A stretch of 64,000 nucleotides of DNA from Thalassobaculaceae bacterium (GTDB lineage: Bacteria; Pseudomonadota; Alphaproteobacteria; Thalassobaculales; Thalassobaculaceae). The stretch's first letter is position 1, and each line of letters starts with the position of its first letter. Position numbers and translations under genes: made by a program. The DNA lies in NCBI GenBank assembly GCA_965228875.1, contig OZ245843.1, positions 4,446,616-4,510,615 of the forward strand, written 5' to 3'. This document shows positions 1-8,229 of this stretch, piece after piece. The notes beneath the pieces are model-generated. The model searched no databases. It worked only from the letters and a program-made list of their open reading frames with translations, and was not told the origin of the DNA.

Positions 1-1128
1 GTTGCGATCGCCGCCAACGACTGCGCCGGCGCGGTCGCGCTGGTCTGCGTCGACGGCACGGTCGACATGCGCGCAGCGCAGGTCCTGATCGCGGTGTTCC
101 TGGTTGTGGGCGCCGTGTTCGTCGCGCCACCCGTCCTCGATCGCCTGATTCTGCCGCTGATCGCCCTGGAGGACTTCCGCGCCGCACCCTTTGCCGGACC
201 GACGGTCCTGTTCAGCGCCGTCGTGCCGCTGGCGCTGGCGACGGTGTTCGGCGTCCCGGTCTCCGCATCGGCTCTGGTGGTCCTGGCCGTCCTCGGGGTC
301 ATCGTCGAGCGCGGAGGAGGCGTCGATGCCGCCGCGGCTGGCCGGCTGGCGTTCGCACTGCTGCTGCTGCCCGCCATAGCCTGCGGGGTCGGTCGAGGGT
401 TGGCGTGGGCGTTTCGGGACCGAGCCGTTTCGGGCTCCCGGCCGCGCGATGCGCTGACCTGGGCTCTCCCGGGACTGGCGGCGTTGCTCGCCGCAGCGAC
501 CGTCGTCGTCGTCGCGCTGCTGACGGATCTGCACGGGCCCGTCGCGCAGGTCTCGGCGATCGTCGCGGGCATCGCTGTCATCGCGGCCTTCGCGGTCGGC
601 GGCGTGTATCTGCTGCGCATTCGCCGGTCGCCGTTCTGGGTGTCCAACGACCGTCAAGGGTTCGAGGCGGCGCATGGATCGCTGTCGCTGGCGTGCGGCG
701 CCCTCGGCGGCCTGTTGCTCAGCGGTGTCAATGTCGGCATGGCGATTGCGCTTTTGTCGGTCCTGCTGAACGGGGGAGGCGCCGGCGTGAGCTTCGCCAG
801 CCCGCCGCTCTGGCTCGGCCTCGGGCTGGCGTTCCTGACCGTTCTGCTGGCCGGCCATCATCTGGCGGGACGACTGGAGCGTGCCGGACTGACGCCGGAG
901 CCGTCGCAGGCCGCGATCGGGACCATAGGCGCGTTCGTCGGCGCCGCGCTGGCGGCCGTCGTGCACGCCCCACTGCCCCCCAGCCTGACACTGGCATCCG
1001 GACAGTGCGGAGCGGCGGGTGACCTCCGCACAACGGCGCGGTGGCTCGGCATCGGACTCCTGGTCGGCCTGCTGTCCTTCGCCCTTTCCTTTGCCGTGGA
1101 TCTGGCGCTCCGCCTTCTGGCGGAGTGA
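1..1128 (+). CDS. Degenerate PiT (PHO4) inorganic phosphate transporter-like membrane protein, 5'-truncated by window edge
   Basis: Frame is open from base 1 (VAIAANDCAGAVA...), resembling the PiT N-terminal GANDVANA signature. LATVFGVPVSAS resembles the PiT GLPVSTTH segment. About 10 hydrophobic helices. Confidence 0.55.
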   Translation, partial: VAIAANDCAGAVALVCVDGTVDMRAAQVLIAVFLVVGAVFVAPPVLDRLILPLIALEDFRAAPFAGPTVLFSAVVPLALATVFGVPVSASALVVLAVLGVIVERGGGVDAAAAGRLAFALLLLPAIACGVGRGLAWAFRDRAVSGSRPRDALTWALPGLAALLAAATVVVVALLTDLHGPVAQVSAIVAGIAVIAAFAVGGVYLLRIRRSPFWVSNDRQGFEAAHGSLSLACGALGGLLLSGVNVGMAIALLSVLLNGGGAGVSFASPPLWLGLGLAFLTVLLAGHHLAGRLERAGLTPEPSQAAIGTIGAFVGAALAAVVHAPLPPSLTLASGQCGAAGDLRTTARWLGIGLLVGLLSFALSFAVDLALRLLAE

Positions 1129-1149
1129 CGCCGAAGGGAGCTCGTTGCC

Positions 1150-1854
1150 ATGCTGTCCGCCGCGCTCAGTCAAGTCCATCCGACCGTCGGTTTCGCCGTC
1201 CTGTTGTGTCTGGCCGCCGTGGCCGTGTGCGTGACCGCCATGCCGGTGCTCCGTGGGGCGGCGGCGGGCGTCGATCCCATGACGCTACGACGCGCGGCGC
1301 GCGCCGCGCGGGCGCCGCACCGGCCGCTGCTGTCTCTGTTCAACACGGGCCGGCGCCGGATCGTCGCCCTGGCCGGCATCGGGACGCTTGTTGCCGTGTT
1401 CGGGTTCGGCAGCCTCGGTCTGGTGGCGTTCGACAGCAGGATACGGGGTCAGAATTCGGCGATCGCCGAGCGTCACCGCCTGGAGGGCGAGATCGAGGCG
1501 GCGCGGGCGCAGACGAAGGAGGCGGAACGTCGTGCCAGCGAGGCGCTGGCGGCAAGGGACGAGGCGCATCGCGAGGAGATGCTGGACCAGGAGGCGCGCT
1601 ACCAGAAGCGGATCGAGGAGCTCAAGGCGGAACACCAGGCGGAGGTGAACAGCCTGACCCTGAAGTTCCAGGAGGACCTGGCGCGCCAGGGGGAGACCGA
1701 CGAGTTGAAGAACTCGGTCAGCAGCATGCAGATGCAGCTTCTGGAGCAGACCAACAGGACGCTGACCATCGAACTCGACCGGGCGAAGGAGATCATCCTG
1801 GATCAGGCGGCCCGGATCCGGGCGCTCGAGGAGAAGCTGGCGGAAGGCAACTGA
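1150..1854 (+). CDS. Membrane-anchored coiled-coil hypothetical protein
   Basis: Two hydrophobic segments followed by a long E/Q/R/A-rich heptad region; RBS GAAGGGAG upstream; G/C-ending codons. Confidence 0.7.
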   Translation: MLSAALSQVHPTVGFAVLLCLAAVAVCVTAMPVLRGAAAGVDPMTLRRAARAARAPHRPLLSLFNTGRRRIVALAGIGTLVAVFGFGSLGLVAFDSRIRGQNSAIAERHRLEGEIEAARAQTKEAERRASEALAARDEAHREEMLDQEARYQKRIEELKAEHQAEVNSLTLKFQEDLARQGETDELKNSVSSMQMQLLEQTNRTLTIELDRAKEIILDQAARIRALEEKLAEGN

Positions 1855-1894
1855 CGGACCCGTTCATGGCAGGAACACGGCGGATGGAACGCCC

Positions 1895-2245
1895 ATGATC
1901 ATCGCCAACAGTCAGGTGACGGCCATGCGGTCGGTCGGGTGGACGGCGTGGCGGCAGCGGCATGCCGACGCCCTCGAGTCCCTGCTGCCCGAAATCGCGG
2001 CCAGTGAGGGCGACGGTTGGATCGACCTGGTCGATACGGTTCTGCGCCACGCCGACATGGCCGGATTGACCGGGTTCGAGGAGGTGCGCGCCTTCGGCTA
2101 TGCGTCCCTCACCCTCGGCATCGGGTTCGAGGGCCGGGAGGATCTGCCGGGCCTTGACCGCGCGATGGAGAAGACTGGATCGGCGCGGGCTGCGGCGCTG
2201 TGGCAGGTCTGCGCCGACGCCAGCCACGATCCGGAGGCAGTATGA
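1895..2245 (+). CDS. Hypothetical protein resembling the C-terminal helical part of DUF4123 (T6SS adaptor) proteins
   Basis: 116 aa, pattern MII..SQ..AM...LESLLPE...A..AGL....V..F....LG.GFE. Its stop overlaps the next ATG (ATGA at 2242-2245). Family resemblance is from memory only. Confidence 0.5.
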   Translation: MIIANSQVTAMRSVGWTAWRQRHADALESLLPEIAASEGDGWIDLVDTVLRHADMAGLTGFEEVRAFGYASLTLGIGFEGREDLPGLDRAMEKTGSARAAALWQVCADASHDPEAV

Positions 2246-3603
2246 GGGTCGCGACACGGCCGATGAACCCGCAGGCGGTGGCCGCCGCGAACGCCGCGAC
2301 GGATGCCCGGTTCCCGAGCCGGCCGCGGCCGGGCGACCCGGAGTACGGGGCTTTCCGCAAGACCTGGATGGACTCCTATGTCGAGGCGGGCGGCGGCGTC
2401 GAGACGACAACGCCCGAGGAGGCGGTCCGCGCCGCCGAGGCGGACGCGGCTGAAGACACCGCCGCGGATGGCGCCAGCCGTGATGTGATCGAGCAATGCG
2501 CCGAGACGTCCGGTCCGCCTCCGCCCCCGCCGCCGGCGGATACATCGGGGTGCTCGTGTCAGATCGCGTCCCTGGGTGTGGTGTGCGAGCATGGCCGGTC
2601 CGCCCGGGATGGCCTGCTCATGGTTGTAGCCGACAATGCGTTCGGCGACGAGGTGACGGTCACGCCCGCGACGTCGGGTGCCTGCGAGGGGAAGATCACC
2701 GTCCGGGCGTCGGGCAAGCGGGAGTTTCCGGTGAAGGACACCGCAGCGCACAGCTTCAAGACCTCGGGGCGGGGAACCCTGTACCGGGGCCTGTTCGACC
2801 TGCACAGAATCCCTCCGGTCAGCACGACGGTCTCGGCCGAGGCGTGCGGGCGTCAGGCCGAGGCGGTGAAGGTCGAGGCTTATCCATCGAGCAAGCTGAC
2901 CGGAAAGCTCGATCTTCAGAAGCTGGTCGAAGACTACAAGGGCATCGCCGCCTATCTGCCGATCCGGGCCTCGGGAGAGAAGAAACCGATCAAGCCGCTC
3001 GACGCACCGAAGAAGAAGAATTGGGAGTTGGATACCGGAACCTCGATCAGCATCGAGGTTCAGTGGAAGGAGGATTCTGACAGCCATCGGGCGTACTGCG
3101 GCCATACCCTTGCCGGTGCGATGGATCCCGTGTTCGGCGTGGCGGCGTCGTATCCGATCTTCGGGATCCCGGTTCCGCCGCGCGTGGACCGCTACATCAA
3201 GGCCGGGCTGTACCTGAATATCGGCCTGGGCACCTCGATCAGCGCCGGCTGCGAGTGGGCCTATTGGCCCGACACGCGCGAGACCGAGTGGCACGCGGTG
3301 CGGATCGAATTGAAGGGGAGCGGCTCGCTCGAGATCGCCGCCGAACTGATCGCCCTCAGCGAGGATGTCGCTCAGGCGAAGATCGCGGGCAAGGCGACGA
3401 TCAGCGTTCAGGGAACCGGTCAGAAGGGGTCCGGTAATGCGCCGGAACTGAAGGGCCAGGCGACCCTCGAGCCTCTGACCGCCACCGTGATCGGCAAGAT
3501 GGCCTGGGGGTTGGTCGAGACCGAGCGATCCTGGACGGTGACGGAGGCCATGAACTTCCCGGAGAAGGAGTTCGTCTGGAAGCTCGACAAGGAGCTGAAC
3601 TAG
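2242..3603 (+). CDS. Modular hypothetical protein, putative secreted effector/toxin
   Basis: ATG at 2242 with GGAGG upstream, coupled to the previous stop. N-terminal helical motif (FRKTWMDSYVEAGG), acidic/poly-Pro linker, CSC..CEH cluster, beta-strand-rich C-terminal half. Confidence 0.65.
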   Translation: MRVATRPMNPQAVAAANAATDARFPSRPRPGDPEYGAFRKTWMDSYVEAGGGVETTTPEEAVRAAEADAAEDTAADGASRDVIEQCAETSGPPPPPPPADTSGCSCQIASLGVVCEHGRSARDGLLMVVADNAFGDEVTVTPATSGACEGKITVRASGKREFPVKDTAAHSFKTSGRGTLYRGLFDLHRIPPVSTTVSAEACGRQAEAVKVEAYPSSKLTGKLDLQKLVEDYKGIAAYLPIRASGEKKPIKPLDAPKKKNWELDTGTSISIEVQWKEDSDSHRAYCGHTLAGAMDPVFGVAASYPIFGIPVPPRVDRYIKAGLYLNIGLGTSISAGCEWAYWPDTRETEWHAVRIELKGSGSLEIAAELIALSEDVAQAKIAGKATISVQGTGQKGSGNAPELKGQATLEPLTATVIGKMAWGLVETERSWTVTEAMNFPEKEFVWKLDKELN

Positions 3604-3604
3604 G

Positions 3605-4315
3605 ATGGCCATCGACACGGCGCTTCGTTTCGCTCCGGCGACACCGGGGCTGCGGGTGTTCCTGAACGGGTTCCTGCTGGTGAACGACCGCGATGGCGAG
3701 GCGTCGACGACACGCGTCGGAGCCTTTCTCGCTCCGGGTACCAACGTCGTCGTGCTGGATGCCGGGGATGATCTGCAGGCGGCGGGCCGGGTCGTCGTCA
3801 CCCCTGGAGACGATGCGTTCGCGACGCCACTGGTCGATATCTCGCTGCCCGACCCCGATGCGCCGGGCACGGTGGCACAGGATCGTTTCGACCCGCCGGC
3901 CGGGACGCCGGCCTGGCGCTGGACCCGGGCGGAAGCGGTGGAGGGCGATGTGGTCGACGACCTGCACCGGTTCCTGTCGACGGTCGCCGAGGCCTTTGCC
4001 GCGCCCGATGTTGGGCGGCTGCTCGCCCTGTTGGCGACGAAACACGAGGAACTCGGCCAGAGCTTCGGCGTCGGGCGTGCGCGGATGGACACGGGCCTCT
4101 CCCAGGGGCTGGCGACGCGTCGCGAGCAGGGTGGCTTGGCGGTCGACCTGGCGTCGCCGGAGGATCTCGATCTTGTCTGGTCGCCCGACCGGACCCACGT
4201 CCGACCGCTCAGGGGGGACGGGAGCGACGCGCTCCATCTCCTGGTCGGCGGTGCACCCCAGCCGTTCGAGCTGCATGTCGGCAGGCTCGATGGATCCTGG
4301 GCGGTTCTTCGGTAG
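3605..4315 (+). CDS. Hypothetical protein, candidate immunity protein
   Basis: Starts 1 nt after the previous stop (TAG-G-ATG) with AAGGAG upstream; 236 aa, no TM helix, ends GSWAVLR. Confidence 0.6.
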   Translation: MAIDTALRFAPATPGLRVFLNGFLLVNDRDGEASTTRVGAFLAPGTNVVVLDAGDDLQAAGRVVVTPGDDAFATPLVDISLPDPDAPGTVAQDRFDPPAGTPAWRWTRAEAVEGDVVDDLHRFLSTVAEAFAAPDVGRLLALLATKHEELGQSFGVGRARMDTGLSQGLATRREQGGLAVDLASPEDLDLVWSPDRTHVRPLRGDGSDALHLLVGGAPQPFELHVGRLDGSWAVLR

Positions 4316-4340
4316 CCCCGTGGCGCGCGCGAGACCCCGA

Positions 4341-4817
4341 ATGATGCAGCAGGCCGGCTTCGCCCTCATCCTGTTCGGCGTCGCCCTGAGCGCCGCCGGC
4401 GCCCTGGTGTTCTGGCAGTCGCTGTCCCAGACCCGGTTCCACCCGATCGCGGCGACCGTCCTCGAGAGCGGTATCGGCCTGACCGGATCCCGCTACTCCG
4501 GATCGTCGAAGGCCTCGCGCTACTGGGAACTGCAGGTCCGCTACAGCTACGAGGTGGCGGGCCGGCGTTACGAGAGCACCTTCGTCTCCAGCAAACCGAT
4601 CCGTGCCGTCGCCGACGACGGGGCGAAACCCACCGCGGAACTGGAGGCGATCGCCGCGTCGTTTCCGGTCGGCGCGACGGTTCGGGCCTGGGTCGCTCCC
4701 GACGATCCGGAGCGCGTCGTCCTGTTCCCGGCCGAGGATGCGGAATGGATGCTGCTGGCGATCGGGATCGCGGTCCTCGCGGTCGGGATCGGCGTACGCG
4801 TCCACTCCTCATCGTGA
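4341..4817 (+). CDS. DUF3592-family membrane protein
   Basis: N-terminal TM, then 'VRYSYEVAGRRYES' and 'FPVGATVRAWVAPDDPERVVL', then C-terminal TM, typical of DUF3592. Confidence 0.75.
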   Translation: MMQQAGFALILFGVALSAAGALVFWQSLSQTRFHPIAATVLESGIGLTGSRYSGSSKASRYWELQVRYSYEVAGRRYESTFVSSKPIRAVADDGAKPTAELEAIAASFPVGATVRAWVAPDDPERVVLFPAEDAEWMLLAIGIAVLAVGIGVRVHSSS

Positions 4818-4984
4818 GCGGCGATGCCGGCGCGGCATCAGTTGCGTTGCATATCGGCAACATCTCCTGAAAATAGTATCGGCCTTCCGGATGATTCCCG
4901 TCATGTGGAGGGCGCGCGAGGTTGCTCGCCCGTGGCGCGTGGAGGTACCTTGGTTAAAATCCTTTAACTCTGCGTGGGGGCGTT

Positions 4985-6613
4985 ATGAGAAAGCCACTGA
5001 AGGGCATGGTTGGCGCGCTGACGGCTGCGCTGATGGCCAGCGTCTCGACGCAGGCGATGTCGGGGGATGTGCTGATCGTCAATGGATCGTCGGCAACGAG
5101 TGAAACGTTCACGACGTCGCAGATCACCAATAACTTGACGACGAAGCTGGAGGCGCGCGGCAACACCGTTACGGTGACGGACGGCATTGAAGGCGCGTTG
5201 AGCGGATACTCTCAAGTCTGGGATCTCAGGTTCTCCAACGCGTCACTCGCCGCCGCCGATCAGACATCGCTGGTCGAGTACATCCAGGGAGGCGGCAACC
5301 TCTTTGTCATGGGCGAGAATGATAATTTCCCGCTCCGCAACACCTCCGTGCTGTCGCTGATCGAACAAGCCGGTGGTGGGACGATCACGTTGGACTCGAC
5401 TGTCGACAGTTCCACTCAGACACTCATCAACAGCATGGGTACGGTTACCTACTCGGCGCCGAACTTCGCGACCTCTTCGGGGACAGGTTCGTTTCTGAGT
5501 TTCGACGGCGCAGGCAACGGCTCGGCTATTTCCTGGGAAACGGGAACGTTGACCAATGCGTCCCAAGGTGCGCTCGCGACCGTATTCGACGTCAACTTCA
5601 TGGACGATACCGCGCTCGACGGTGAAGAGGCGCTGTTCAACCTGATCCTCGATCTGATCGAGTCAGGGGTTATCGTGGTCGAGGACACCGTGACCACCGA
5701 CGAGGTGCAGGAGAGCATCGTTTCCGAGACCACGCGGGTGACGGTGCGCGCGATCGCCCGGCAGGTGGCGGCGGCGATTCAGAACCGGGTCCGCACCGTC
5801 GCCTCTGGAGGCGTCCTGCAGGCCATGCGGGACGGCAAGTCGACCGGCCTGAACGCCGGCGACGGCATCAGCATGCCGATCGCGATCTGGGTCGACGCGA
5901 CCTACTCCTCGCTGGACAACGACTCCCCGACCGAGGCCTTCGACGGCGACACGCTGACCAGCCTCGTGGGCGTCGACGTGGTTCCGTTCGAGAACTTCGT
6001 GGTCGGCGTCGCCGTCGGCGTCGAGACCACGGACCTCGATCTCTCCACCTCGAACGGCGACAAGGAAACCGACGGCGTGACCGGCTTCGTCTACGCCGGC
6101 TACCAGTTCAACGAGTATGTCGGCGTCGACGCGCTGGCGGGCTACGGGGCCTTCTCGACCGACCTGTCGGAGCAGCGCAGCGGCGGCGGCGTCGTCACCG
6201 GCGACTACGACTCCAACCGCTACCTGTTCTCGGCCAACCTGAACGGGACCTACCAATACGATCAGGTCCTGTTCACCGGTACGGTCGGCTACCTCTTCAC
6301 CCAGGAGAACGTCGACTCCTACACCGCCAGCGACGGGGTCGAGGTCGATCCGGGCAACACCAATCTCGGCCAGGGCGTTCTCGGCCTGGAGGTCGGGTAC
6401 GTCTTCGACACGGTCTATCCCTACATCCGGGGCCAGATCGAGAACGACTTCGTCACCGAGAGCGGGGCGGACTCGACCGGCGGAAACATTGGCGCTGGTG
6501 TGTTCTATTCGCCCATGACGAACCTGACCCTGGGCGCGAACACCTCCTACGATGTCGGCCGCGAGGACGAGACGAACTTCTCCATCGGCGTCAGCGCGCG
6601 CTATCAGTTCTGA
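4985..6613 (+). CDS. Autotransporter / outer-membrane beta-barrel protein with N-terminal passenger domain
   Basis: Signal peptide, about 200-aa passenger, 'GLNAGD' linker, amphipathic beta strands, C-terminal BAM motif VSARYQF. Confidence 0.85.
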   Translation: MRKPLKGMVGALTAALMASVSTQAMSGDVLIVNGSSATSETFTTSQITNNLTTKLEARGNTVTVTDGIEGALSGYSQVWDLRFSNASLAAADQTSLVEYIQGGGNLFVMGENDNFPLRNTSVLSLIEQAGGGTITLDSTVDSSTQTLINSMGTVTYSAPNFATSSGTGSFLSFDGAGNGSAISWETGTLTNASQGALATVFDVNFMDDTALDGEEALFNLILDLIESGVIVVEDTVTTDEVQESIVSETTRVTVRAIARQVAAAIQNRVRTVASGGVLQAMRDGKSTGLNAGDGISMPIAIWVDATYSSLDNDSPTEAFDGDTLTSLVGVDVVPFENFVVGVAVGVETTDLDLSTSNGDKETDGVTGFVYAGYQFNEYVGVDALAGYGAFSTDLSEQRSGGGVVTGDYDSNRYLFSANLNGTYQYDQVLFTGTVGYLFTQENVDSYTASDGVEVDPGNTNLGQGVLGLEVGYVFDTVYPYIRGQIENDFVTESGADSTGGNIGAGVFYSPMTNLTLGANTSYDVGREDETNFSIGVSARYQF

Positions 6614-6660
6614 GCTGAGGTGTCGGCGTGTGCCGACGGCAGGCTTCATTCGCACGGGAT

Positions 6661-6682
6661 CGTGGGGCCTTCGGGCCCCACG
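6661..6682 (+). terminator. Hairpin, probable terminator of the autotransporter gene
   Basis: CGTGGGGCC-TTCG-GGCCCCACG, a perfect 9-bp stem with C(UUCG)G loop about 50 nt after the stop; weak U tail. Confidence 0.55.
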
Positions 6683-6933
6683 TCGCGTTTCGGAACAGGG
6701 AGACCGCCGAAAAAGAAGGCCCGGTGTCGGCGATCACGTCCGCGTGATCGGTCGGGGCGCCGCCGCCAGAACAGGACGTCGAGCCGCCGCGCCGGCCTTC
6801 CGGGTGCTGATCCGGGCTTTCCCGGCGTTGGACCGCGATGTATGAGGGCGGAGACCGATCCCGGCCCGACCCGATGGGGGCGGCCGGCGATGTTCCCCTC
6901 GGGGCGCGACAATCCGACGGTTCGCCTGATCAG

Positions 6934-7503
6934 ATGACCGCCAGACGTCTATCGCTCGAAGACTTCACCCACGTCGCGGACCCGCGGTTGCGTCGCCTCC
7001 TCGGCTACTGGCTGTCGTCGCGGGATGACGGCCCGATGCCCGCGGTCGACCGCATCGACCCGATGGACTTTCCCTTCGCCCTGTCGAACATCTGGTTGTG
7101 CGACGTGGTCGACGGCGACCCGCTCGGCCGCTGGCGCTACCGGGTCGTCGGCGACGAGGTACGCCTCGCCTATGGCTACAACATCGTCGGCCAGACTCTG
7201 GAGAGCATTGTCGATCCGTCGGCCGCGGCCCGCGTTACGCGGTACTTCTCGATCGCCACCGACTGGCCGGCGGTGGTCCATGTCGGCGGCCGTCTCTATG
7301 CCGAAGCAGAGTATCCGGCCAAGGGCGAGCGCATCATCCTTCCCTTCGCCGATCCGGCTACGGGCCGTGTCGGCCGGTTGCTGGGCGCGACGTTCCACTC
7401 CTGGATGGAGAAGGGGTTTCCGGTCGGACACGTTCCGCTCACCCAGACCCGGACCTATACGCCTGTCGACGGACGCGCCGCGACGGTGGAGGAAGCCGGA
7501 TAG
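6934..7503 (+). CDS. PAS-domain protein (PAS_5/DUF1457 type)
   Basis: 'LLGYWLSSR...MPAVDRIDP...LSNIWLCDV...RYRVVG' and 'ERIILPFAD...LLG' pattern. Confidence 0.8.
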   Translation: MTARRLSLEDFTHVADPRLRRLLGYWLSSRDDGPMPAVDRIDPMDFPFALSNIWLCDVVDGDPLGRWRYRVVGDEVRLAYGYNIVGQTLESIVDPSAAARVTRYFSIATDWPAVVHVGGRLYAEAEYPAKGERIILPFADPATGRVGRLLGATFHSWMEKGFPVGHVPLTQTRTYTPVDGRAATVEEAG

Positions 7504-7544
7504 GGACGCTGCCCCTCCCGGTTGGCGGGCTTCCGTCGACGGGC

Positions 7545-8171
7545 TCAGGACGCGATCCGGGGATACGAGCGGAAGCCGGCATCCACCAGGGAGCCAATGT
7601 AGTCGCGGGCCGCCTCTGGATTGATCGCGGCGATGGATGGCCGCACCGCGAGGGACACCAAGCCGTGGACCGAGGCCCAGAGCAGCAGGAAAAACTCGCG
7701 ATCCCGTGGCTCTTCCGGATCGCCGCCCCCTGCAAGGATCAGCATGCGCAGCAACTGTTCCTGGGTGTTCAGCGAACTCGTCGCCGGGGCGTCCACGTCG
7801 CGCTCGAAGAGCATCCACCAGCGCCGCGGCTCGGACAGGGCGAAATCCAGGTAGGCTCGGCCGATGGCGATCACCCGAGCTCGAGGCTCCGCCGCGGCCG
7901 TCTCGGCGGCGGACCGCAGGGCTACGGCCAAGCGCTCGGCGCAGCGGGCGTTGACCGCGCGGACGACGCCCTCGAGATCGCCGAATGCGTTGTAGAGGGT
8001 GCCGACCGATACCCCGAGGCGGCGGGCGAGGCCGCGGGCATTGAGCGCGTTGCTTCCCTGCTCGAGGACCAGATGCTCGGCCAGCACGGTCGCGCGCTCG
8101 CGCACGTCTGCAAGATTGAGCTCGCGCCGAGAGGATGATGTCGGTCGGGTGGTGGACGTGGTGTTGGGCAT
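7545..8171 (-). CDS. TetR/AcrR family transcriptional regulator (WHG-type C-terminus)
   Basis: HTH 'LNARGLARRLGVSVGTLYNAFGD'; 'GRAYLDFA' and 'LWASVHGLVSL'. Start uncertain (8171, 8189 or 8228). Confidence 0.9.
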   Translation of the reverse strand: MPNTTSTTRPTSSSRRELNLADVRERATVLAEHLVLEQGSNALNARGLARRLGVSVGTLYNAFGDLEGVVRAVNARCAERLAVALRSAAETAAAEPRARVIAIGRAYLDFALSEPRRWWMLFERDVDAPATSSLNTQEQLLRMLILAGGGDPEEPRDREFFLLLWASVHGLVSLAVRPSIAAINPEAARDYIGSLVDAGFRSYPRIAS

Positions 8172-8229
8172 GCCCGAGATGTCGGGCATGCCTTGGATCG
8201 TGTCAACGGTCGTCGCATCCGGCCGCATG

